From Octopus sinensis (taxonomy: Eukaryota), in NCBI RefSeq assembly GCF_006345805.1, contig NC_043010.1, positions 35,588,001 through 35,652,000 of the forward strand: DNA of 64,000 nt, given 5' to 3'. The position numbers and the translations under genes were made by a program. The notes below the pieces were generated by a model. The model was not told where the DNA came from. It searched no databases and saw only the letters and a list, made by a program, of their open reading frames with translations. Of the stretch, positions 27,990 through 40,081 are shown one piece after another. Each line of letters starts with the position of its first letter. The first letter of the stretch is position 1.

Positions 27990-28945
27990 AGATACATACA
28001 TACATACATACATACATACATACATACATACATACATACATACATACATACATACATACATACATACATACATACATACATTATGGCTGCCCCCTCGTTA
28101 TCGAGTATGGCCATTGCACGAAGCTTAACTGTTACTGGTGCTGTGATCGAATGTGACTTTTTAGCCCTGCTAAAGATCTACAATGTCTTGTACAAAATTG
28201 GCAACTAAGGCCTTTACTAGTAATAGCCGGCTGTAGTTGTAACTGGGCTTCATGTACCTTTGCATGTCGTTTAAGTCCTCCTGCCGAATTACACTCTCTT
28301 CCACACGCCCGACAGATATGATTAGTATGGTATGTTACATCACCACCAGTGGCCAGGTTGTCACTCATCTGTCTCGCTTTATGACTACGAAGATGACTCT
28401 TGAGTTCAGCTTTACTGAGGCAGGGTCTTGCACAGGCATTGCATGTCAGAATCAAAGGAAGACCCTTCCCTTCTGGAAGTGTAACATCGATGCCCTTCCT
28501 GACATCCCTCCTTACTTTCTCATGTGCAACTCGAGATACATACATACATACATACATACATACATACATACATACACATACATACATACATACATACATA
28601 CGTATATACATACATACATACATACACACACATACATACATACATACATACGTACGTACGTACATATATACATACATACATACACACACACACATACATA
28701 CATACATACATGCATACAATCATACATACATACATACATACAACACACACATACATACATACATACATACATACATACATACATACATACATACGTACAT
28801 ACATACATACATACATACATACATACATACATCATACAATCATACATACATACATACACACATACATACATACATACATACATACATGCATACAATCATA
28901 CATACATACATGCATACAATCATACATGCACACCATATATACACA
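27990..28945. repeat. Large (TACA)n array, representative of dozens of (CA)n, (TA)n, (GA)n, (AAT)n and (TACA)n tracts across the window
   Basis: Read directly from the sequence. Confidence 0.95.
28081..28537 (-). mobile_element. 5'-truncated RTE-clade LINE 3' end encoding three C2H2 zinc fingers, inserted in (TACA)n
   Basis: CNACARPCLSKAELKSHLRSH, CRACGRECNSAGGLKRHAKVH and CQFCTRHCRSLAGLKSHIRSQH, followed by a short UTR and a (tgta)n tail. It has no splice signals or start codon of its own. Confidence 0.75.
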
Positions 28946-29399
28946 CATATGCACAGAGGTGGTTATGTGGGAAGAAGTTTGCTTCCCAACCTCATTTTTA
29001 AACAATAACCAAAGCTCCTTCTCCCAAAGGGGAAGGGTTACAGTTTACAATTATTTAACAAATGCAACACAACAACGTTTCCCTTACGAGGAACCAACAC
29101 ACGTGATAACAATAGTTAAACAGTGAATCAAAAAGTAGTACGCAGTTGAAGCTATAGTCCTTTATGTATAATAGTCTATCTGGACTATTCCATTTCTGCA
29201 CGCTAATTTTATTTTTAATTTATTCCCATTCATGTGAAACCACTTATTCAAGTTCAAGTCATTGATGCAATTTTATACCAATTGCTATTTTTACTTTTGT
29301 TATGTTACGATTATATTATACTTTAGTTTGAGATTTTAATTATTACTTACTACATAATTCAATTGTTATTATTATCTCTAATTTTTATTGTTAAGTGAA

Positions 29400-29640
29400 G
29401 TATCTGACATAAAATAGAGAAATGTTTTTGTTTCACTTTTAACACGTAATACTGAAATAGTGGAGAAGATATGATATTGCTATGGGCTCGCCCAAGGCAA
29501 GAAGTTGAAATTTTTTTTGCCGATGACACTCCCCCGACCCTAAGTAGGCATGTGTAAAATTTGAATGAAATTGGTTGTATAGTTCTCAAGTTTTAGGGAA
29601 ACACACAGACAGACAGACAGACAAAACACATTCTCAGTTT

Positions 29641-29645
<5 letters not shown>
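29400..29645 (-). mobile_element. Helentron/HINE-like non-autonomous fragment
   Basis: On the minus strand, tataaaa is followed by (gtct)n, an architecture similar to 63266-63560. Confidence 0.5.
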
Positions 29646-29703
<58 letters not shown>

Positions 29704-29704
<1 letters not shown>

Positions 29705-30384
29705 GAAGGGGTACCCAAATGTAACCGGAAACATTCTCTGTATAACAAACTTGCTGTAGTTCAGGCTTCCGCCGCTGGAAGCCACTTGGTGCAACTCTCA
29801 GGCATCAGTCTGCCGACCGGCGGCGTCTGCTACAGTCATATTGCTACGTGGTGCATCTTTGTTTTGCAGTGCTTCTTTCCTGTTCGTCGATTTTGCGGTC
29901 GCTGAAACAAAGGAACAGCGTGCTTCCGTGATATTTTCTTTTCTGCTGGGGAATACGGCCGCCGAAACAGTTGTCATTCTTCAAACAGCTTACAAGGACG
30001 CCGCCATAAACAAAACACAAGTTTACGTGTGGTTTCCACCCTTTAGGAATGGGCACTTGTCGCTTGAAGACCAACCTCGTTCAAGACGACCGTCGACCTC
30101 CCGAACGAATGGAAACATGAAAATTCATGAACTGATCTTGGAGGACAGTCATCGAACAATTGACGTACTTGCTGATATGACTGATGTGTCCTGTAGCTCC
30201 TGCAACGGATTTTCAGCAAGGAATTGCGAATGAAAAGAGTTGCAGCAAAATTTGTGCCTCGCTTACTCACGGAAGATCAAAAGCAGTCATGACTGAATAC
30301 TCTGAAGGCAATAAAAGTGTAAATATGTAAAACTAAATGAATAAAATAATATTGCTAAATTCCGATTTCTTTTGGGTACACCCC

Positions 30385-30388
<4 letters not shown>
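29704..30388 (+). mobile_element. Internally deleted mariner element
   Basis: TA|cgaaggggtacccaaa left TIR and an inverted tttgggtacacccctt right TIR. Transposase N-terminus EQRASVIFSFLLGNTAAETV...LEDQPRSRRPSTS and KRVAAKFVPRLLTEDQK. Confidence 0.9.
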
Positions 30389-30431
<43 letters not shown>

Positions 30432-30441
30432 CGTATTTATT

Positions 30442-30507
<66 letters not shown>

Positions 30508-30905
30508 TATATATATATAATATATATATATGTAAAAGTAAAAAAATATACAAACTTGGACAAGAACGTGAAACATTTAGAAGACTACACAAAAAACACG
30601 GACGGGACATTCGAAGCCCTCAATCATCAGTCAAGAACCGGATCATCTTCGCAATTTCGGCTGATTAATCTTGAGTATGCTCGTGTGTGTGTATGTAAAA
30701 TGTGACCGCGTGTGTACCGTTGGCGATTTTTTTCCTCCATCTTCTCTTCTTTGGATCTTTCCTTTCCCTATGTTTCTGACGAAGAGCTCCGCTCGAAACG
30801 TTAAACTCTCCTTCTTTCCTTCCTTACTGGGCGTCCAATAATACTATATTTGTTCCACGTCTTCGCGTTGTTGTGTTTTCTCTTTGTGTTTTCATGTTTG
30901 GATTA

Positions 30906-30969
<64 letters not shown>

Positions 30970-30970
<1 letters not shown>

Positions 30971-31710
30971 TACGTGAAGTCATTTACATATCTTGGTGGT
31001 AAAGTGAATTTGAGCGCTTCCCTTGATGAAATAGTCAACCGTCTTGCAAAGACAACAAACGCATTTGGCAAACTCCGTCATCGCTTATGGAATGAAAGGG
31101 GCATCAAACTTGACACCAAAGCGCAAGTCTATAAAGCAGCCATTCTTACTACTCCCTCGTATGGCTCAGAATCATGGATGCGCTATAGACGACATATTAA
31201 CCAACTAGACATCTTCCACAAAGACTGTCTGAGGACAATCTGCGGTTATTCACTAAAAGACAAAGTTTCTAATGCCGACTTGTTTAGCAAGTGTAAGAGT
31301 GGTGGAATCGAGAGCTTCCTTATACAATCACAATTGCGCTGGACTGGCCATGTCGTCAGAATGAGTGAGGAAAGAGTACCCAAAGTCCTCATGTACAGCC
31401 AGCTTGAGAGTGGGCACTGGAATGTTGGTCGACCATGGCTCAGATATAAGGACAAGCTGAAGAGTAACCTCTTAGACATGAAGATAGCTCACAACATTTT
31501 TGAGCGAACAGCCTTGGAACGAACAAAATGGAGATCGTTGTGTCAAAATGGTATTAAAAACTTTGTTGCAATCAGTATTAACGGGCTTCGGGGTGCAAGG
31601 CAAAGGAGAAAAGCGGCTGCAAATATACCACCTGCACTGACCTGTAATTCTCATACTTGCAACGTCTGTGGCGTTTTTTGCAAATCATTCGAGTGACAAA
31701 AAAAAAAAAA
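30970..31710 (+). mobile_element. RTE-clade LINE 3' fragment (ORF2 C-terminus with A tail)
   Basis: YVKSFTYLG, AFGKLRHRLW, QLRWTGHVVRM, GRPWLRYKD and a terminal CxxC. Confidence 0.92.
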
Positions 31711-31774
31711 AGTACGTTGTCAGAGCCTCATATGTCGAAACCAGCGGTAGGATCCATCATATATATTTGTATAT

Positions 31775-32570
31775 CTGAGGTCTGATCAATAGGTATCCGG
31801 ACAATTGCCATTGTAACGAAGTTACAGCACACAGAGTAAAGCCGCTAAGAAACGATTGACCTTGAACTCTGCTGTGCATGCGCACTAAGTTTTAGCGTTC
31901 TAGCTCACTTCCGCTGTTTACTGCAGTGCTTGGGAGGAAGGTGTGTAGCATGTGATCGTCACATTGACCATGACAAAGAAAGTTGTCATGGCGATACCTG
32001 CTCAGAGGCCAAGGCAAAGTTCTGACAAACGTTCTGGGAGTCATGCAACCAGCAGAATTGGGAAAAAACATCACAGATGTGCGTGCAACTGCGAGGGGAA
32101 ATCGTCGAATCACCATCTGTGAGTTATCAGAGGATGTGCAGATTAATTACGCTTCAGTTCAGTCCATTTTCAATGAAGATTTGGATATGAGACGCGTGTC
32201 TGCCAAATTTGTGCCAAAACTGCTTCCAGCTGACCAAAAAGACACTCGAGTTTCAGTTGCACAGAATATCCTTGATTGTATCAAGATCGATGAAAACTTT
32301 GCGTAGGCCTCTGAGCAGGTATCGCCAAACTTTTGGCAAAATTTGATGCAGATTCTCTTCCCAAATTTCTCTGTTATGGTTAATTCGACTATCACGTACT
32401 ACACACGTTCCTTCCAAGCACTGTTGTAAACAGTGGAAGTGAGCGAGAACGTCAAAACTTATTGCGCCTGCACTGCAGAGTTGAGAGTCAATCTGTGCCA
32501 GCGGCTTCACTCTGCGCGCTTTAACCTCATTACTATGGCAACAATCCAGATAGTTATTGATCAGACCACG
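31775..32570. mobile_element. Mariner derivative made of two inverted left ends
   Basis: The plus-strand left end and partial transposase (RRITICELSEDV...RVSAKFVPKLL) are followed by an inverted second left end at 32305-32570, which includes the ORF start (KRICIKFCQKFGDTCSEAY). Confidence 0.85.
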
Positions 32571-32607
32571 TATATAAATATACATATTATATATATTTAT
32601 GTATGTG

Positions 32608-32645
<38 letters not shown>

Positions 32646-32862
32646 AAAGCACACATACACACACAAACACAAAAACACACACACAAAAATACACACACAT
32701 ACATGCAACGAAGATATATATATGTTGATATAGGGCCTTAGGATTTCCACAGGGCAGGGCATACACACTTATTTAAGCTTGAAAATTCTATTAATTTCAT
32801 TTTAACCAACACTGACGATTATTTGTTTACTGAAACTGTTTTTTTTTTAAAATTTTCATATA

Positions 32863-32868
32863 TTTATT
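32863..32868 (-). promoter_or_regulatory. Candidate poly(A) signal of FAS-M
   Basis: AATAAA at a position conserved in the FAS-R 3' UTR (57650-57655). A second AATAAA lies at 32904-32909. Confidence 0.55.
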
Positions 32869-32943
32869 TACAACGGAAATACACAGATAAACATGCTCCG
32901 GATTTTTATTAGTTCACAAGATTAGAGCATCTAGACGTTTGTT

Positions 32944-33059
32944 TTAACTGATTAAATCTACATCCTTGGGTTTCAACATTCTGGATATTTCATGGATGAC
33001 ACCGTTGTTTGCGGGAATGTCTCGGCTGACGATGTGGGCTCTCTCCACTGTGATGGTAC
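32944..33059 (-). CDS. FAS-M exon 6 (terminal): (G)TITVERAHIVSRDIPANNGVIHEISRMLKPKDVDLIS*
   Basis: Acceptor ctcttcacag|GT, H2 motif, TAA at 32946..32944. Confidence 0.93.
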
Positions 33060-33108
33060 CTGTGAAGAGTTTAAGTAAAAAAGTATTATTTGCATGCATA
33101 TGTAGGTA

Positions 33109-33171
<63 letters not shown>

Positions 33172-34414
33172 GTATATATATATATATATATATTCCGTTT
33201 TTGTATTTGGCCTGCAAGATTCTTTATGTGAATTCGTGTGTTGAAGTCTATTTTGCTGTGTCTGTCGTGAGACTTGGAATCGAATCTCTCATTTTCAGTT
33301 GCCATGTCGCCACCACACATAGATCACGCTCATGTCACACGTTGAGTTTTGATTATCAACTAATCTATTTGTAGCGATATCATGCCATATCACGAACATC
33401 ATCTACAATGTTCTTGAAGTTGCCGCACTTGTTATTTAGAGAAAGTTGTGGACAGGCATGCAAGAGGCAAGTTAGACTTCATTGAAGGTACAATCAGCCC
33501 TCAGCAAGTAAGCATACGCACAGAGCGTACGGCAGTATTAATGAAGTAATTAGTCGTTTACAGCGTCCTTTTAAGACTACGCGCACTCCATTGTTCAGTT
33601 AAAGTTTAGACAGTGTCACGTGACAACTTGCTGGGGCTGCCTGCTGGAGCTTTGCAGCGGGTATTTAAAGGGAAATTTGACAAGATAGTCAGTCGCCCGC
33701 TGACACCCGTTGACGCTACATCGAAGAGACCAGGGAACAGAAGAAAGAAGGTTTCTATGGCTTGAAAAGGGCGCATAAATAAAATAAATGTACAATAAAC
33801 CTTATAGTAAATATACTCTATTATGTTTACTTTTGTCATGTATGAATAACATGCAGCAAAGCCTAGCTTATAAACAACAATTCATAAAACATTACATGAA
33901 AATGGCGACAAAGGCGACGCATCTATAGCTTACTGTCTGGTAGAAAATGCGTGGAATAGAAGAGAAACTAACAGTGGGTTTGATCTAATCCAGGTGCTTT
34001 TAACAGAATGTTGTGCGCTCAAGGATCAGATGACAATCTGTTGGTGTTAAACGGAGTAGCGTGTTTGGATGATTCATAAAAGAAATGGTGGTCGTTTATC
34101 TGCGATCTCGCGACTTGAAGGTTCGGCAAAAGAGACTGATAGAATAAATGCCAAACATAAACTAAAATGTACTGAGTTTTGTTTGTTCGACTAAACCCTT
34201 CAAGGCAATGCCCCAGGACGACCGCAGTCCAGTGACGTGAATGTGGTAAATATGAAAAAAGCTAAAATTTAAGACGTTTGTATAGTTCTGTATTTAAGAG
34301 TTGAGGAATAATGTATATTATTTACATTATTTACATTTGATGGATATTTGTCCTCATCAGGTGTCTTGGGGAAATTTCGAACCTGGGTTCTCATTCCTAA
34401 GGTATTTTTCGATG

Positions 34415-34480
<66 letters not shown>

Positions 34481-34610
34481 ACACTGCCGGGAATCAAACT
34501 CGGAATCTTGGGGTTAGTAACCTGCGCTCTTAACCACGGGCATATGACGTAGTAGTTAAGAGCGCGGGCTACTAACCCCAAGATTCAGAGTTCAATTCTA
34601 GGCAGTGACC

Positions 34611-34674
<64 letters not shown>

Positions 34675-35204
34675 CAACAACATCGTAAAATACCATAGGA
34701 ATGAGAACCCAGGCTCGAAATTTCCCCCAAGACATCTGATGAAGGCTGGTGGGTATATCAGCCGAAACGTTGTGTTAATAACAAATGTAAATAATGTAAA
34801 TTAAGACGTTTGATATCTCCATTTGGAGTCGGCCAGTTTCCAACTAAATGTATATCCTCTATGGATAGACTCCATTCACCACGGCTCATCTTTTCGATAG
34901 GTAGCTAACACAAGGTTCTCGAATGGAATAAAGAGAAGGCATGCCAACAACAATATTAAAATCAACAGCGAAAACAACAAGTACAAAAACAACACTACAC
35001 ACACAACCATAAAGAAGGAGCAAATGAGGGAAACTATCAGTAGTCTACGTTGTAAAATGATCTGATCTAGGTTTAGGGTTTAGGGTTAGGGCTAGACTTT
35101 ATGCTGAAGGGTAAATGGTCAAGTAAACTGCTCGCTAAAGTGTCACGGAAAAGAGAATGTGTTGTGTATGCACATGTATGTGTGAGATAGACAACATATA
35201 TATA

Positions 35205-35253
<49 letters not shown>

Positions 35254-35257
35254 TATA

Positions 35258-35334
<77 letters not shown>

Positions 35335-38300
35335 GGTGGTGAGAGAGAAACAAAGAAAGGACGATTGAAGAAATTAAAAAGTGATAAGAAATGAAAGTAA
35401 CAATGGAATTCTTACCGAAAAAGCCTTCTCTGATGAGAAGTTTGTCACCGGTTGCAAGAGTTTGCAGGTATGTTGTGTGCATTCCAGCCCTCCACAGGAC
35501 TCCGTGAACAATGTGGTACCTCATCAGAACTGGATGGCAGAAAGGAAGAGTGACAACATTTCATGCTTAATGTTCTTTATTCTTTAATGTATTTAGAAAT
35601 GAAATGATAATTTCTTAATTATTGATAAAAATAATTTTATGTATACAAGCCATTGATATACTGTACTAGACAATATTTATTAAGATTTTCAGTATGCCAT
35701 TAATAATTGTGGGTTTATACATTAGAGAATACGTGAACATCTGAAGTCGCTAGTCAGTCATTGAGAAAATCCCACTGTTGGATTTAAAATGGTTTTACTG
35801 ACCCCTCATTTTCTGCCCACGAAGTTATTGTGTATAAAGGTAAGGCGTTTAGAGTTCTCAGTACACGTAGTGTTGATTAAAATCTTTAGACATATTCACT
35901 GAAATAAAGCACTGTTAACGCATTAGTAGTAATTTAATAACCCGTTGAGCGTGACCCAACCCAAAATGTTGCCAATGATTATTTTATCATCTCTGGAGAA
36001 ATGAAATGCAAATGTCTGCGGCTGGATTTGAACTCAGGACGAAAAGAGACACTGGTAATTACTGTTTTGCATTTAGCATGGTAATCCAACGTGTGTGATT
36101 TTTCGAAGGGAAATTGTGGGGGAATTTGATTTCCATGTGTTTCTCGACAGCATTAGTAAAAGTGTAAGTAAAGCGAAATGATTTTAAACCAGGAATTGAA
36201 ACCTGGAACTTACACGCGGCTTACGAACTCGATGAGGTTCAACATCGTGATGGCGTTCAGTTAGATTTCTCCTCTGATGCACTCAATTAAATTATAAGCC
36301 GGATATGACGTAGAAGGCATGGAATTAAGTGAGATTAAACACAAAAATTAAACAATTTCTCGGTTGAATAATTTCTCCATTTCCTTCAGAAATACGTTAC
36401 CGTCTGCAGGATTGATAATTCAATAAGATAGCGCTACTTTTCATGATTATGCTTAACAGCTCTATTTCGTTGATTAGCTTGGTTTCCTTGGCTGTATATA
36501 TAATCATATCGGAGAGTATGATGATGATGGTTGCTTTGTCGTTTTCTGTGACTGTTGTATATTTATGCTATTTCTTTTCTATTGATATTTCTTAATGCTT
36601 GCATAATTTCCAGTGTATGAAAGCCTCATTACATTTAAAATTAGAATTAAAATTATTATTATTATTATTATTATTGTTGTTGTTGTTGTTGTTATATATG
36701 GTTTGAGAAATATATCACGAGTTTCCAACAAGCCATCAATTGTCAAGAATCTATGTTACAAGAGGTGTTCGTGTATTTATGTTTCGGAAGCTTCGTCCGT
36801 TGAGATTGTAGATTCTTGTAATTTGTTTCACAAAATGTGCACTGAAAATTCTCAGTGAACGTGTGGACGAAGGCTTTATGTACTCATTTCGCGATGCATT
36901 ATGGGGATGCATGTTAATGTGAACGTATAAAGGCACAAACTAAAGGGCAACATTTCAAAATGGCGCTAAGAGCGACTGGGTTTCGATTCTTACCTTCGGA
37001 TAGAGCAACATCGCCTTCGATACGCTGCAGAGTGGTGTTGCTGTAACGGTTAAATGCATCGTTGTTCGGTACGAAGACAGTGTAGGGACCATCTGAAAGG
37101 TTGAGAAGAATTGTAGCAGTTAGTTTATTTATTACAACGAATATGAGTCCCTTCCCCAGTTACTCAATAAATGTAGTTGAGTGTATTTATTTCAATCTGA
37201 GTTTTCAGTCTATCGCTACTCTAAGGTTATTGTTATAACGTGCTAACGATTCTGTCAGCTTGCCATCTTTAAACAATGTTTTATATTGGTTTCAAATTTT
37301 GGCACCAAGCCAGCAATTTCGAGGAGGGGTTAAGTCGAATACATCGACCCCAGTGCTCAATTTTTACTTATTTTATCGTTCTCGAAAGGTTGAAAGGCAA
37401 AGTCGACTTCGACGGAATTTGAACTCAGAAAGTAAAGATGGACAAAATGCCGCTAAGTGATTTGTCCGGCGTGCTAACTTGGTTTTGTAAGTAAATGCCT
37501 AACTGTTAGTCTGGATAAGCTTGAATTTTCAGAAAAGGAAAATCAACCAACTAATTCGCACATTGCAAATACTATTTGTGAGTGGAACAGTAAAAATATG
37601 CAAGACTTTTTTCAGGTTTAAAATGTGACATTGTTTTCGTTATTCACATTCCAATGAGGGAGCTTTGTATCTTTGTTAGAAGCCAGCTCCTTCAGAGGAA
37701 GAAAATAATTTAAATGATTAAATATAGAAGATATACCATAAATCCTCGAGTATAGTCCCTTAAATACAGAAGATATACCATAAATCCTCGAGTATAGTCC
37801 GCCCTTGAGTATAATACGCAGGGGATTTTAGGAGGCTGTACCTCTGAAAAACCTAAACATTGTGTATAATACGTACCCCTTCTCTAACTTGAGTCGTGCG
37901 TAATTAAGCCAGCAGCACCTAGTCGAACAAACACTTCCGTGCATGCGTAATACAACAATGATGTTCTTAACTGTTATATGGGAATGTAAATATGTTTGCA
38001 AATTGCAGGAAGTGGGGGTGAACCCTACTGTACTCTTTCACCACAACTTTCACTCATTCTTCCTGCTTCTATTGTACCTGTATTCCAAAGGGTCAGCCTA
38101 GTCACACTCTGTGTCTCGCTGAATCTCCCGAGAACTACGTTGAGGGTACACGTGTCTGTGGAGTGTTCAGCCACTTGCACATTAATTTCACGAGTAGGCT
38201 GTTCCGTTGATCGGATCAACTGGAACCCTCGTCGTCGTAATCGACGGAGTGCCACGATGTATATATGTACACACACACACACACGCGCGCGCGCATACAA

Positions 38301-38596
38301 TTATACTGTGTGGATTAATAAGGCAACCAATGGTTTTAGGTTCATCTCATTCAAAGTATTTGGGAATGTTGGTACACGTCTCCTTTTTGGATGAGAGTAT
38401 GTGTGTAAGTATGTATGTATCTACGTGTGCGCGCGCGCGTTCACACAAACTATTCTATATATAACATACTTTACTTGTCGTTTAACCCTAGGCTAGTTCT
38501 TTTCGGGTAAACTTATGAAAAAAGGCGCCTCAGATGTGACCGTCTGTCGTTCTGTATATGGATTGCATTGTCCAATGTGTTCAGTTTGTGAAGTTT

Positions 38597-38659
<63 letters not shown>

Positions 38660-39211
38660 CGCGCGTGTGTGTGTGATTGAGTGAGATTTGGCTCCTACTT
38701 ACTCTCTAATTCTTTGTGCAAGTTAGTGTTCTTAAGCAGATGTGCCATGATGGAAAATCTAGGAGTGTTGAGTATAGTGTCGTACAGGTTGTCTGTTGGC
38801 GCGAGCATCACTTCATCTATGATGTGTAAAACACCATTAGTGGCCACATTGTCAACGCTTACTAGCTCACAGCCTTCAACAGTGACAGCCTACAGAAAAG
38901 AAAGAAAGAAATATTCATCACCAATAGTAGCTATCACAAACAAATTGAAACCTCGAACAGATGTAAATCTTAAAAAAAAAACACACACAAAAAACCAAAC
39001 ACAAAAAACCAAACAAAAGCAATAAAGCAGTTTAGTTTCTTAAGATGAGTTTCATACTCTGAGAACGATAATCTTATAAGCCAATACATCCATACACAAT
39101 AATGCGGAAATGAAACCAATAAAATAGTGAAATGATGACGATGATGATGATAGTAAAAAAAAAAAAAAAAAAAAAAATAATAATAATAATAATAATAATT
39201 ATAATTATAAT

Positions 39212-39251
<40 letters not shown>

Positions 39252-39259
39252 TAATAATG

Positions 39260-39312
<53 letters not shown>

Positions 39313-39560
39313 CCTTTAATATTAATAATCCTTTCTACTATAGGCACAAGGCCTGAAATTTTGAGGCAGGGGACTAGCCGATTACATCGACCCCAGTGTT
39401 TCACTGGTACTTTATGTTATCGACTTCGAAAGGATGAAAGGCAAAGTCGACCAAGGAGGAATTTGAACTCAGAACGTAACGACGGACGAAATACCGCTAA
39501 GCATTTCGCCCGGCGTTCTAACATTTCTGCCAGCTCACCGCCTTAATAATAATAATAATG

Positions 39561-39619
<59 letters not shown>

Positions 39620-39780
39620 CTATTGTGTCTGAGGAGAGTCATTCACTTTTAGTGCCTTATTATTTAACACACACAAATAATAAGGCACTAAAAGAGAATG
39701 ACTCTTCCCAGACACAACAGAATATGCTTCAACACACGAACTCATATAAAGAATCTTGCAAACCAAATCCAAAAACGAAA

Positions 39781-39820
<40 letters not shown>

Positions 39821-40010
39821 TAATAATAATAATAATAATAATAATTTCTAACATTGGCAGAATGCTACGAATTCTGATGGTTGAGAGCAGTAGATAAATC
39901 TTCTGAATATCTGAGTGGTCCTTATGTTATGGAATCTTGAAAGCAGAGTTGATTTTTGTATGATTTGGGATTTGAATTCAGAAGATAATGAAACAATGTG
40001 TGTGTGGTGC

Positions 40011-40081
<71 letters not shown>

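Noticed and set aside
28132-28719. Host C2H2 zinc-finger gene
   Set aside because: The fingers follow RTE ORF2-like sequence and end in a microsatellite tail, and the ORF's start lies in (TATG)n.
16239-32943. A fourth FAS1 paralogue between FAS-M and FAS-L (or between FAS-R and FAS-M)
   Set aside because: I found no H1, YH or H2-coding exons on either strand; the interval is mostly transposon debris. A tBLASTn search would be needed to exclude degraded remnants.
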